DNA of 64,000 nucleotides from Ophelia neglecta (lineage: Eukaryota). Shown here in pieces: positions 1 through 14,600 of this stretch (positions are counted from its first letter, which is position 1; each line of letters opens with the position of its first letter). Both the position numbers and the translations under genes were made by a program. The notes beneath the pieces were generated by a model. The model worked only from the letters and a program-made list of their open reading frames with translations, did no database searches and was not told where the DNA came from. The stretch spans positions 40,052,001 through 40,116,000 of the forward strand of contig OZ260665.1 of the NCBI GenBank assembly GCA_965285935.1. The letters run 5' to 3'.

Positions 1-2625
1 CTTTTACACTCCAAAATATAAGCTATGCAAATATAAACGAACAGTTTCAAATTAGACATGATTCTTATCACTTTAGTAGAATTGTGTAATAAAGTGTAGC
101 TTCATTTTCTGTATGACTTTTTATACATATACATTAAGCAAAATAAAAGCGCCTAACTTTATTGGACAGAAAATGACTGAGGTCAGATGTTTAAGCTCCT
201 CTTTCTTTGCTACTTTTTGGGCGTCGTACTTTACGAATTTGTTTGTGAAGCAAGTTATCACAACATTTATTCTGAAGTATGGGCAGTTCCATTCACATGA
301 CATCAATTCCTCCTCGATCGCATGGCTTCATTTTCTAATAAAACAGCTACGCTTATTTACCACGCACAGTCGATTGCATTATATTGAATGCGGACGAACC
401 AATAGAGTGTCTTCCTCACAGTAGTTATCACTGACTGGAAGAAGTGGGAAAGAAAGCAATCGACTTTCAAATTTGATATTGTCATTTGATGAGGTCCACC
501 CAGGGGCAGTATATTCCGAGTAGGCCCCTGCCCATCAGCCGGCAAACTAATCAAAAGAAGTAACGCCCTAGCTGCCTCGTTGAGTGAATAATGAAATAAA
601 AATTCATAACTCCATGCAGGGAGGGCGCGCCATTGAACATGGCAGGTCACCATTATCAACAGAGTCGGCGGGTTGAATAATGCCCTAATTTGGAATAATG
701 GCTCATATACTCAGATTTCCTTGCCACAAGGCTTTATTAAATGGGGCAATAGTGTGCCTTGTTTCGAGGCATTACCAGTATTTCTCAAATGATAAAAGCC
801 ATCTGAGGATCACAAGACCGTATGCAATAGATATTCCAACGAGGTTAAATTAATCTAATGCACGTATTGGCAAGTAAAAACATAAAAAAATACTGGAGAC
901 AAATACTAACTACCGAACTCTTTTGGCTTCAATATCCATGAGACTGTTGATCTATATACTTTCCCATTTTTCTTTCAGCTTGGACAGTTATTAGATTATT
1001 TTCATCAACTCGTTTTCGTGCCTGATTAATTGTATTAGTTTATGTCGGTGATATGACCGAGGTGACAGGGTCAGCCAGGCCTACTTAGCCGGAACCGAGA
1101 AGGTTCAGACCGGAGTAGTCCATTCTGCCAGTGCTTGGGGAGTGAGTCAAAATCGTTCATGACCGCTAGGAATACTAACTCCCTTTCTGGCCGTTTTACA
1201 CCGTGTTTAACGTGGCCCGGCTACCGGCAACACATTAATTGTAGTGGCTGCGATCGGTAAAACGTGACTGCCTCAGGGGTTGCATTGAGACAGGGTCCCT
1301 AAAGGTGCTTTGACTGATGGAGGCCCATGTGAGGGCCCATTATTATTTCACAGGCGAGACACAATTAATGCTGAATATATTTCAATTGTAATAATTAGAA
1401 GGATTATAGGATCAAGGAAAAATTTGATACAAACATATTTTTCATGTCCAGTTGTCTGATCTTAGGTTGACTTACTTTCAGGTGGGAAGAGGACGGTAGC
1501 CTAGTTAGTTAGATCGAATAGGAGAATTGGTTAGTGATTTGGCCCTGCAGCATAGCAGTTTAAGTTATTGGTTAGTTATATGGGCCTACAACATTACAGT
1601 ATTGAGTTTTTTCTTGGAATGTGCAGCTTACAGGCCTAGTGACAGGTATGTTAGACGGACATGCAGTAAAAGCATGGTAAGATAGTAGCTGGACATGCAG
1701 CATAGCATGATTAGTTATTTCCGAGTTTGTTAGATGGAACTCTAGATCCGGAGGCTGACCTATTGCTCATTGTTGGACTACGTTTGTTGATATAGAATCC
1801 AGTATGCCGGGGATTGATGTATGAGGGCCTGTATCCGGGGGTTCCTGGTGATTTCGGATCTATGTAATGGACAATTCTTGATTACTGCTTTTGCTTTGAC
1901 TGCCGGATATCCACTCCCGTTCATGGCGAACGTATATGATTCTAATTTGCGATTTGGCAGATACCCCTTGCTAACATTCCCGATAATACCATGAGATTAA
2001 GTATCGATTATCATTTGAGTCACACGATAAGTCGAAGACAACAATGCCGTTCCTTTCGATGCGCTGCTGCATTCGTGAACGCTGTACGAGACTCAATACA
2101 AAATGGTCCATTATGCATTGGACACTAAGTATGCTGGTGTGGTAACCAGATGGCAGCCATGTAGATGGGCCAATCTGGCGAAATGCAAGTCTGATTCATA
2201 TATCAGCAGGCTTCTACTGGCCATTATCTAAATTGCTGGCTCCCTTGCAGATTGGTATCAATTAGTTGTCCATAACGAAGGACTTGAAGCTCTCCGCTTG
2301 GTTATTCTGATACGATAGGAGCGTTGTTGGAATGCTCGGCTTTCTGGTCAGGAGTCCTGCATCCAATTGAACGTCTTATTATCAAAATCTTCGATAGAGA
2401 GGCGAGAACAGCCATTTTGGTATATATATCACCACCAAAGACGCATTGAAACACTATCTTGGTAAATTAATCTTCTTCAGACGGCACCCAAAGGAATCGG
2501 AGATTTTCCTGGATGGCGCCCGGGGTATCATTTGGCGAATGATGGTCCCATGCCTACGTTATTGCTTAAAATACAACTAAAAGAAAGGGTTTATGGCCAT
2601 ACTCATAGTATATTGACAGGGCATG

Positions 2626-2671
2626 TTTTTTTTTGTTTTGTTTTTTTGTTTTTTTTTTGGGGGGGGGGGGG
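2626..2671. repeat. Poly-T/(GTTTT)n tract abutting a poly-G run
   Basis: Seen directly. Confidence 0.85.
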
Positions 2672-5600
2672 TGATAGCAACTCGGTCAGTTCGAAACAAT
2701 GAGTTTTAGGTTTTCTATTATTTCCTCTCAGTGGTATTCAGTAATGCAACATGCTGGCCAGACAATAGCTTGCCATAGCATTTGCATTTGGTATGATTAA
2801 CTGCACCCGAGAAACCCTCTGATCGGCCTTCACTGTAGCCTTAGGAAACTATTGACGATAAATATGACCTCTATGCACCTATGAAGTAACATTTCTTTCT
2901 TTTCCTTAATTCATAAAATTTATTTACTTTGCTTCTTTTGCAATAGGAGTTTTATGGCTTGACTCAATCTTCATGGCGATATCCTTCGACAGATCTATCT
3001 TCAACCTCCACATTTGATGGGAATTTTCCCAAGCAATCGATCGCAAATGTTTATTTTCCCAATTTCCAAAGGAGTCATATTGCTTTTTAGGCGTTGTAAG
3101 AAGGAGCTCGGGCATTATTATGTCAATATTAAGCCACTACACTAGCGGCCAGCCAATGCGTAACGGTCCATTACAATCTCACCGTTATTGAGGGTTATGC
3201 TTTACACATACCGCAATATGCACAAATTTTTTTCAGCGAACATCACTTCATTTACTTGCTATTTTAACTAGTTGTCTTGTCTGGGCCTTCGTTTTTGTAA
3301 TAATATATTGAGCAATCCATGTTCACTGTATTCTAGGACCGAGCCAAAGTCTTGATTTCATTAGATAAACTTGACGAAAACCAAATCGTTATACAATGAA
3401 ACTCCCAGGGCAGACTATGCTGAAATGGCATAAGCTTACAAGTTTCAAAAGTTATAAGTATGAAAAGTCACTTTTGGTTCTTAACGGTGATTTCCATCTT
3501 TGAATGAGGGTTTCCATTTAAATATTGACTTTGTCATTGGCTATTAATTTCTCTTTAAAAAAACAATCGGCAGAGCCTCTCTATGTAGTAGGCACAATTT
3601 TTTTTATATAACAAAAAATAGGGGAACACGCTTCCTGATACTTGTTTTAGTTATTCTGTGAGGTATTCGCTGCGATTATCTTTTAGCTGTTTCGACATTT
3701 CGAAAGTACCCTTAGGGATATTTAGTGAAATATTTAATTTATATTTTTCTAGAAACATGCTTCTGTTAACACCATTTATAGTGTTCTGTTATTAGGTGTT
3801 CCAGCTTTATATGTGTTACTTTCAGTGCATAGTTAACCGTTGTATCAATTGTCATGGTAATATGTTTCCTTCCTTATGTTACGTGTCTTTGTAGCAACTA
3901 TATTTCTAGTAGCTTGTAGAGCTAAATTTAATAAGATAATGCCTGTAATCTTTATGTATACCGAGCATTCATAGTAGGACTAGACCTAAAACATGTTCTT
4001 TCTATGAGTTTTTGATTATTCTCACGATATATTGCACTTTACTTTACCTACTTTACAATGCTCATACAAATTCTTTAGCTCAGTTAAAGTTTTCTTTCTT
4101 TCTGTCAACTTTTTGTTCCAACCTAAACCACTTTCTTTTGCATCGCGCAGATACATTTGCACAAGACATAGACCCCTTGCAGTACGGACCACATGGACGT
4201 GACTGGCAGATCCCTCCAAAGCATCGTAAGTAGTAAAACGCCTTGTGATGTCCTGCTTCATTGGCATCATCTAGGGAACTAACACAGCTATGAGGGGAAA
4301 TTAAGTCCTTTTCCCAGTGGCCTTAACCATGTGCAACTAACAAAAGCATGAGCATGTAGACAGGTCGTTGAAATATGCAATGTAATCGCAAAATGCGGAC
4401 TTGTTTACCCTCTTTAACATTGCTCGTTTCACCACATTAACCCCATTTCAGTTCCACAGGGAAACACCATTTTTTTACTGAGAGTATGAAGTTAGCCTAC
4501 CTTTCAATGCGTTCTACTAGCGACTCAATCTCGCATTGGGATTACCAGTGTTAAGCCTGCTTGCTGTATTGAGATAATCCAGCGTGACCTTTGTACGAGA
4601 GGACCCAGTATGCACAGAGGATTGTGCAGATGTGACTAATGGTGTTCATTTATGCATTTAACTAACATAAAACTATTTATGCGCACTCTAGATTTAAGTT
4701 GCATTGCATCCAGCCAATCGTGCATGTCGTTATATCAAACTTTGTTCATGTATATTGAATGAATCAGAAAAAGCAGGTTTCAAATGTGGAACTTAATGTT
4801 CAAGTTATCAGCAGCGAAAAGATTTCAGGGCCAACCAATAATAAATTGTTTCTAAACTGAATCATGTTAGCATGCATTCGCTGTTACACCACACCTTTGC
4901 ACAAAAATAGTGCACTAATTTCAAAATATATACACAGTTTCAACTAAAATGATATAGCATGGGACAGCTTTATTTGTCATACATAATCGTATCTTGCAGA
5001 CGCGCCTGTTCACCCAAGGTATAAACGTAACTGGTTCACTTTTATAGTTTCATCCATTTTATGTGCAGCGTTGGCGAGAAATAAAAATATAAGTACTTTG
5101 CAATAATATAACAGACCGGCACGTTCAACATTCTCCTTCAGTCACATGTATTGCAAGTCTATATTTTTTGATTTCTGGTATTTAGCGATCGCCATTCCCA
5201 CCTTACTCTTTAATTATAGGCACAAAGGAGTTGATAGCTGGCAGATCAAACAAAAATCATTAAACAGGAATAGTCCATGAAACAGTCAGAAATATCAAAT
5301 GGCCAGAAACCACCTGCTGCGGGCATACAATCAGCAATCTCCAGACCACAAACACAGTAAAAATCAAAAATATACAAAAACGAAAATTTCACAGGAAACT
5401 CAGGTTTTAAGAGTTTTGGTCGTGTAAGCTTATTTGAAATATCTTTAGTTAGAGTACTGACTTGTATTTAAGAAATAAGTAGGTTAATATATTATAACAA
5501 AAACTTCATTACGAACAAATTTTCCAGATGTCTTTATCTATTTTACACAATGAAGGTATTAGTCTTAGGATAGGACGTTACAGTGGGGAAACCAACAGCA

Positions 5601-7789
5601 AGATGAGGGTGATGGGTGAAGGGGTGTTGGGGTGATGGGGGTTTGGGTAGGAGAGGAAGTCGGGCAGGATGAGAAATATATTTCCCTAATGCTTAATCTT
5701 TTTGTTTTGATGTAAATTTAACCTTTTGTGTGCCATAATACATGATCACATGAAGGTGATTTATATAATGTTGCACCTAATCGATCCGTCGTACACCAAA
5801 TGGCTCTAACATTAAGAGCATCATTCATAGACAGAGGAATGCCTAAATTGTGTACGGTCAACGAAAAAAGTACCTCTAGCTAAACTGTCGAGTTTGCCAC
5901 TTGAGTAAAAACTTGGTAAAATTCCACGGTTGGATCTGAGCTGTTTAGTTCTCTAAAATCAGGATGTCACAGCGTCCCTGGAATGATCAATAACCCCGAA
6001 GATAGGTCTCTATTGCCCGTTTTGTCACTTCGCCCCCACCCTCACCACCCACAGGCACGGGCTCATCTGCCCTTCGCCTTTAAATGGATAATGCAATTCC
6101 AATTCTGATAGTCCCATCCTTCTTTGTAGTCGGGGATAATTAATAGCGTCTTCAATTTTAAAAAAATGGCAAGAGAACAACCTAATATCTTAATGGTAGC
6201 TGCCTTCTTACTTTCTTCCATCCTTACAGTGATAACCGTGCTGGTGTTTAGCTCTTTTATACAGTCCTGGACGAATGAACACTACTAGGGTCGGGAAGAA
6301 GGGGGAGGGCAAAGCTTATCATGGAAAAACAAAAATTCGTATACAAATACTGATTTTGATGAAAACTGAAGCAGGCAGCACTCTACAATTTCTTTTTTCT
6401 CGATGATATAACGGATGAGGGAGTTAACTCTCTTAAGGGAGGCATGGCTGGCGTGGATCGATGTGTCTTGATGGCTAGCTTCCTAGCTTATTATATCTCG
6501 TGTTGTCAGGTCAATATCGACGACAGTTCAATCTATCTAGCTTGCAGCAACGGGATACCGATAGAGACTCGAGGTCCGTATATATAGGCACAATGTACAT
6601 CACAGCCTTTACAAGTGGAGACTGATCCCCTTCAACAGACGACCATTATTGATTACATTATTAAAAAACTTATTGTTAAGTTTTTGCAGACAAAAGCTTG
6701 TTCTTATAGCTTTTATGCTTGACTGGACCCAACTGCTAAGATAGTTTAGACATACTTGTAGTTACAGTAGTCGACATTTTGGGCATGAAACTCTAAAATT
6801 ATAAGAGTTTATAATGGGTAGTTATGTAATGCTCGAATCAACAATGCTATATCACTCAATATTAATTTCACCAGTGTTTACTAAGTGATATTTAAAATGC
6901 TTATGATATATATATAAAGCTTTCTGGTAGTGTCACCAAAGTCAGGACCCATTCAATTCTAATTAATGATTTTAAACTGAGTCGCACCTTCTACCTTGAG
7001 CCAGCTACAGTGGCAATAGAGTGCCTCACTCTGGGGGAAGGAGGCATCAGCTCCTGCTGCCCTCTTTCTTCCGCCATTAAATAGTCTTTCCTTTCATCTG
7101 CCTTAACCTGACATGTAAGAACCATTGCAAGCATTAAATTGGGACAAAAACGTTGATCTGTTAAATGTGATCTCATTCGTTTAGTTACTCGATAGATACA
7201 CGCTCTTCATTGCTCTGCAACGTGGAAATTGTATGACGTATTTCATTCAGTTCGAAAACAAAATCTTTAGCCAAAACAAACACAGCCCGTCCTCATCGAT
7301 TGTCTGTGGGGGCAGATTGTGGCTATTAAACCACGGCTTTTCAATGTCGTCTGCTCCTTTATTGCAGGCTTTTTGATACCTTCTTAACCTGTAAAATACA
7401 CATTAAAATGCCACTAGTCCAATATACGCGGGCGCCTCATTCTTTGTTACCCGGTGGACAATGCTTTTACTCGACCATCCGGCTTGACAATACAAAAACA
7501 TTGATCCAGCCCCTACGCGATAGGTCATGAGTAAGGATCATGGTGGTCATCTTAATACTCAATTGGTAGCTGTCCCTCTGATGTGTGATTTTAGTGTTTT
7601 CTTGTTCTTATTTATATTGCTGAGTGATAAGCTGTCCGCCACCAGGTGTCGCCCGGACAAAGCAGGTTTGTGATCTGGCCAGTCGTGGTTCCGTGTTGAT
7701 CGAGTAGGTCAAGGATTTAACAAGTCTGGCAGTAAATAATCCAAAAACTGACCAGTACTGTCCACTCGGATCGACGTAAGTCAAGCAGG

Positions 7790-8000
7790 ACTTGAAGGGG
7801 CGCTGCGCTGAAGCCGTAATTCCCCCCGCGTGTACCGGCAAGCGCGCTCCATTCCGCCTCAGTCCGCCGGCGTGCATACCTTCTCTCTCGCCATCAGCCA
7901 TGGCTGGCGCTCTTTGCAGCTTCTCATCCATGAGTCCGACTTCAATATGATCCCGAAGCCTTATTGGGCAAGGCAGGCTCCTTCCCATGGGGATACTTAG
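7790..8000 (+). promoter_or_regulatory. CpG/GC-rich putative promoter or 5' end of the nAChR gene
   Basis: Local CpG-dense island 550-750 bp upstream of the ATG, with an Inr-like TCAGT near 7859. TSS not determinable from sequence. Confidence 0.35.
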
Positions 8001-8538
8001 GTAGTTAACAGCTTAAGGATCCACCACTTCTTCTAGAAAGCATATGCTGTCGGAATATCTTTATATTACAAGGAACACGTCGAACACGTCTGGCAGCGCC
8101 GTGCTCCAATTGTGTACATCAATTAGGATAAAGTGCCACGAACTGGCCAGGATAGCAGTCGGATTTATTAACTAGTGCTGGCCACTTATAGGTGTCTTGT
8201 TTATTAATTATATCAGTCTGTGTATTCCTGACGACTGGGATTTGTACCGGATTACCACGTGAAAAAGACTCGATTTGATTGGAGTTTTCAAGTCGGAAGT
8301 GAATGCTCGTATCAATAGAGGTAGCAGGAGGGCAGGTCTGGCGTATGTTCAGTGGGGCGAAAGCAGTGGACGCCTTGGGAGAGAGGAGAGAGACGGGGAG
8401 ACGCCCGTAAGAACCCACCGACCCCCCAACAATCCCCTGGGTGAAATCCACCCTGTCCGGACCCTCCCGAGGGTCCCCAGCCAGCGTTCCTGGCCCTGCC
8501 CCCGTGAGATGGCCGGCTGGCGGAACAGATGATGCACT

Positions 8539-8623
8539 ATGCGGGCGGGCTTCGTCTCTCTACAGCTGGTTTTCATGTTCTTGCTCTGGACGTTCCGGTG
8601 TAGTGTACAGCTTTTACACAAAG
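8539..8623 (+). CDS. nAChRbeta1: nAChR beta1-like coding exon 1, signal peptide MRAGFVSLQLVFMFLLWTFRCSVQLLHK(G)
   Basis: ATG at 8539 (A at -3) with an in-frame stop at 8530-8532 upstream. Hydrophobic core. Donor AAG|gtaaca is in phase 1, which exon 2 requires (G|GT). Best candidate I found upstream of exon 2. Confidence 0.78.
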
Positions 8624-11600
8624 GTAACATTTAACACTCTTTTTGAATACCCGATCAAAATGATCTCCGATAAACCCCATATCATGTAGCACGCCTTTAG
8701 GCATGCACAGAGTTCATGATATCTTTATTGTCGCCAGATCATTATCTGAATTTGACCTTGCAGCAGTGAAAAGTCTGACAAAATTATGGTGTTTGCGTCT
8801 TGGACACATTTCCTGCATTAATAGGCCTATTACAGACCGAAGGTTAATTTCTCTCTTGTTTTCGTTACCATAACATTCGCCCCATCAAGTTTAGACGTTA
8901 CTAGTAGAAAGCTGGGTATGGATACAAGAGAAGCGTGTCAGGTAATGAATTCAGGGGCGGGGGCTAATCAACTACAGCTTAGGACCGCCAACGCATAAAT
9001 AATATCATCTTGAGAATGTTCTCCTTGGCTCAGATTTCATCGCCTCAAAGAATCTCCAGGACTGCAAGAATAACGTTAGCATGTTCGTTGTTATAAATCA
9101 CGTTGTAAGCGGCAACAGTATAAAACGGTATGATATGGCACTGTAAGATGTGAACATACTCGTGAACATGACAGAATAAACGAAAGAAGCAGTGTAGGCT
9201 TGCAGGAATGCCACTGCCAATATTAAATGGCTACTTCACTTATGTTTTCTCTGTGTTAATGGGAAAAGCTGAATGGACGGGAACAAAGCAATGATCTACT
9301 GGTTAAGGCTATCACGATGTGGGTTGTTTCCCTAAATCAAGGTATTCATAACATATCGCGACTGGGACATAACCCAATGCTCGACTGGATATTGTGCCAG
9401 ACTGGACGATAATAAAGGTCTCATCAATCAAGGCACACGACCCTACTACATGACCGGGCTTGTGTCCAAATAAAGGCTTCTCATATGCTGTCAATAAAAT
9501 ATCAATATGGCTGTACAACCTTGGACACCCGGTGTAAATTTCTGTTGTGTACATAGGGCAACAGCTGTAATTATCAGAATTATCGCGCATTTTCTCTTTT
9601 GACCCTGGCTAAAGCCTGTTCGTAATTGCAGCCCAATAGGTTTACATTGATTTCCTTCACGTATTGTATTGTATAGCGTGGAATCCCCGTGGGTCAAAGG
9701 CTGGTGAGCTTGTGGAACCTTCTCCCAGTGGGTTGGGTGCTCCAGGATTGGTTCCGCTGTAATTGGCGAGAGGTTTGGAATAGGACGCCACTGGTTGTCT
9801 ACCGAGATCAATACTGACACATTACGGCACCATGTCTGACCACAGGGCTTCTAGTCCTGGCACAATGCATAACAACGTAATTAGCAAGTAAGCTTAATGA
9901 GTTGGTTGTGTGGGCCTTGCCCCTATCTATTTGTCAAACAAGACCACTACCATTACATGGCTGACTCGTGTCCCTTATTGTATTTGGAAATTTTAATCCA
10001 AACCTGATCCGATAATGTATGTCTATGGCAATATATCTAGAAGAAACGTTGGTAGGGATATAATTATGTGATAGGAGACAAAAAAGTTATTCAAAAGAAT
10101 AAAAATATGCAAGTTTTCTTGAGGCACACTTGCAACATGTTTAAACCTGTATCGAATTGTCATCTATATAATAGATCAATAGTTATAGGACGTCTTATAC
10201 CAGAGGGAGTACGACTGTGGTTTTAATCATTAACTATTTGATCAGCTTAAAGATACATAGACCAATCACAATGGACTGAATTCTGGAAGCAAAGATGTTT
10301 GCTTAATACTCGTCAATATGATTGGTTGACGACTAAATGAGCACATGATAATTCTATATCCGTTTCCTGTTCGTATGCCAAGCCAATTGTACATTCCTTT
10401 GAAGGTTGCGATGATGACCTACTTGAAGGTCAGTCGCCAGGATGCAGTCGACTTGTGTTGTCCTGTGGTCTATCATTGACATCCATAATCCTTCTTCGCT
10501 TCATTACCCACACGATATCTGGAGTTGAGCAAAACTAGATTTTGACCGGGGCAGTTTGAGCTATGTGCTCCAGTAGCCACGTAGACGCCTAATCTCAGCT
10601 AATGATTCGTCTGATATTTTGGCTTCACTTAGTTAAATCGCTGAGTGGGGGTTATTATTTGAGTAATTCGCCAGACGACAACTGCCCACGGCTCTTCTGA
10701 CATCGGTAAGCAGCAGACGACAGGCGCAGCCGGTTCATCAATAAACACTGATTGCCGATCTATATCAAATCACCGCCATTCCACATTTTCTTTGACCACT
10801 ATTATAACTGAGATAATATTTATTATTGACTTTTATGGGCCATTATGAATGCAGCATAGCCCAAAGTATTCGCTAATTCGCCCACTTTTAACGAAAATTC
10901 TCAGACATGGTAAGCATTAGTTCGTTTTGAGCAGCTGTGCGACTAGGTAAACACACTTCTTAGAGATCTGTCGGTGAGTTGTTCGTTTATATATCTAATG
11001 ATGAGCATACACTCTCAACTGATGCTCTTACTTGTCATACGATAGCTGAATTAATAGCAGTGCCAGGCACACTTAGTATCACATAAATAAAACTAGGTGA
11101 GGCGGTATGCTATTCTAGCGATGGCCCTTCATTTTTTGTTGTTGCATGCTTCAGCAAACTTGATGAAGTCATTAACTTCTAGTGTATAAATTACGTACAT
11201 ATTTATATATACTAGCTGAGAGAATAGGCGTATACATTATTTAAACGGATTTCATTGAAAATCCTTTTTAATGGGTAATAGCATCATTGTGAAACACATT
11301 ACAATTTCCCCATTTTTGTAATGTATGTACCACAGAGCCGATGGTATGGCCACATCACATTTCCGGCTCGTGCCGGCAAATGGCATCCAATTCTGTTCCA
11401 TTCCATCTACGCGCGCCGACATAGTACCAAGTGAGGTTTAGCATAGTTTCACGCAGGGCCGTATGGCGTGGAATATCACAGTTTGACAGCCGAACCCCAG
11501 ACTGTGTACTGCCCCCAGTACTGCCTCGCCAAGTTCCATTCTGCATGGTCAGTCCGGGGAAGCCGGAATTCCTGCCAAATACCCGACCCGTCATCGCTTT

Positions 11601-14600
11601 TCCGAGCTAAATGTTATCACTTTAGCCCCAAGGTTACTCAAGTGGCCGTTCTACTCCCTACCAGAAATCTGATTTCCCCTGGACCCAGCGGGATACCATA
11701 TTAGATTGTGTATGAATACATATCGCGTGTGTGTTGAATAGGCCCCTCTCTAGGAGGGGGTGGGTCAAGCCATGGTGACTGTCAGAATCCAGCGCCGTTG
11801 ATGATCATGCTGCCCCGGGAGGCATTGCTCCAGTCTTGATTACATTACCATTCCTACCAAAATACATATTTACTTCAACCACCGCTGCGGCATACCAGCG
11901 TAAAATTACAGTGAAATTCACTGCGCATTTTTCTTGCTTCCAATAATGATGATGTCTCATCTGGTTTAGACTTGGTACAAGTGGTATTTTGGCTACAATT
12001 TTGTGAAAAGGAAAGTATCCTTGGAACTTGGTTCAGAACAAGGTCATAGGTTCTCGGGTTGTGGCGCGGGGCAAAATCGGGCTACCATCTCTTATCTTAT
12101 CGCCGCAATGTTAGCATCTCGTGTTGCGGAACATTAGAGCATGTGCCGAAGTTGTTATAAGGTAGAGAGATACAAGCCGTGGCCGATATGCCGCACCTCA
12201 GCCGTTGGAATTATGGCAGAGCACTGATATATGTATACCTGCAGTTGTACTGATAACCTAATTGACGGGCATGTGGGCTGTGAGAAATAGGAGCGCCATC
12301 CTTCCAGTACAAAATGTTACATCCTCATCCTACAGGTATAGTATGAGTACTGTGTAGATGGTATCAGAGGCGATAACACACCGCCTAAACTAGAGCAAGG
12401 GAGCAACCAAATATCACTCCATCAGTATGAGCCTACGATCAAACCGTGTGAGCAAGAATTGCCCCCCCCCCTCCCCCCGCAAAAAAAACATTTCTAAATA
12501 TTTGAGGGATTGGAAGGTTATGTTCTCTGCAACAGAACACATTTTATTCACATATATTTCCCAGGTTAAGTACGTTAGAATGAGAATTAATTTCAGCAGC
12601 GATTATTTATACGCCGAAATGGCATTAGTATTGAGACGCTCTCTCCTTGACTTTGGAGGAAACTATCATTTGAAACGTTAAATATAAAACTAGTTGAAAA
12701 AAAAACATATAGAAAGTTCTTTGGAGTAGGTAAATGATCTTGCCATCTTGTAACAATCCACATTTTTGTGTCCTTGCTTGTGTTCTGGAGGGAAGATGAT
12801 TTTACCACCTCGCTTCTTATCCAGTACATCATCCATAATGAATCTAACTCGGCGTAAGAATTCTTTCAGTATTGTGGACACGTACCACCCAACTAACCGC
12901 CCTTGACCTATTTTTTTCAAAAACCACTCCCTGTCATGGCATTGGTGTAAATGAGCAGGCTTTCTTGACTGAAATGATTGATCGCTAGTGGTTTTCAAGA
13001 ACTGCTTGAAATTCGCCTGTCAGCGGTACTAAGTTCAAGAGGACCCTCTTGTGCCTCCCCTCATCCACATATATAAATCTTTATGAGCGTAATCATTTCA
13101 TGACAGAGGAATTGCAGACGTACTTAAGCGTTCACGAGCCAATTCAAGACTACCCATGCTGACCAGTGGATCCAGCTGGATGGCGGCCATATTGGAACAT
13201 ATTTTTACAAACGAGTGTTTCTCTTGTAATATTTACAAACATGATTCTTAACTTTCTCACGACCGATGTTCAAATGTAACGCCATACCTTATGAATATAG
13301 TGTTTCTAAACAGTTAGTAAAATGTTTGCCTAAAATGTTTTTCCTTCTCCTGATTTTACTTCCGACTGAGAATCATGGAAAAGATCATTCCGCTAAGCTA
13401 TATCTCAACTGCGAACCACGTGTTGGCATTGAGGGTGGCTATTAACTAGAAAAATAAGCGCTATCAAACTCTGGTACGCGCGCCTTGCTAAACCGAACAC
13501 CTATCCGGGGAATCTTCCATTTGATATCCGCCAGGGGGTGGGGTGCGGGAGGGGGGAGGAGGCCAGTAGGGTTCTGTTCTTCAAAATTATAAAACCCGAA
13601 AATTTGCACACAGACACACAATCACATGACATTCCGAGATTCGCCAGATTGTTCATTTAATATCACATTCATAAAGATAAAACATTCCATCGGCAGGGCA
13701 AGAAGCAATGTTCATCTTATTGTTCCCATGGTATTAATGACTTGGATGTGGTACATTGGAATTTTATGCTGAGTATGTAGGCCTATTAAATGATTCGAAA
13801 TAGAAAATAAGTGGGATATTTTATGTTGTGAGACATGAATCGTATGCATACTTCCCCACCCCCTGAAAAATCAAACGGTATAATACCGTTAAAACACCAT
13901 GCTTAGTGTACTGCGGATTTTCACTGGTTTAGTATTTCGAGCATCTGGCGAGGTGCTACACATGGTAGTGCATCAGCTGAAGGAGAGGTGGCGACTGGAC
14001 CATACTGGGCTCACAGTGGTGCAGCAAGCACCCTGTGAGTTGTGCCAAAAGACACCATATCTCTCCTGTAGATGGATGTCTTGCTCGCCTGACTCCATCT
14101 TCTTGCGTATATTTATCTGATGCAGTCAGGAGAATCAGACGATTGCGATTTGGTTTTGTCAGTAAGGTGTGTGACTTTAAATTTGTGTCAGGTTACAAAT
14201 CAGTAGTGTTGAGTTATATAATTGAGTTTATAAATAAAGTCTAGTTGAGATTCTGGGGTTTTTCATATGATTTAGAGGTACACTTTAGGCCTTAAGCATA
14301 ATGAATATCGGAAAACAGAATGTGCTTAATAGTGGTACTGGCACTAAGGTTTTACATCTGCTAGACTCTAACGGAACCTAAGTACGCAACTCGCCAACAG
14401 AATGACTCGGTAAAAGGCCAACTCGACACCTATCGAGGCAGGATAAACAAGCATTTCCGTAAATGTTGTTTTTATGCTCGTGATAACTTTTATATTAGTC
14501 TCAGAACCAGTTACACTTTTTTCATCAAGATTGAGATATGATCAAAATGTGTTATCTTGTTTTGTTAATCTGATGGTGCAAAATGTTATTAGTAAACCTA

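Noticed and set aside
113-7988. Short ORFs upstream of the gene, and most other 60-130 aa ORFs in the track
   Set aside because: No recognisable domains, and lengths are typical of random non-coding DNA.
10590-10600. TAATCTCAGCT, matching the 5' end of miR-216
   Set aside because: Only 11 nt match and the rest diverges; consistent with chance.
13899-14244. Alternative first coding exon
   Set aside because: No ATG-initiated signal-like frame ends at a phase-1 donor.
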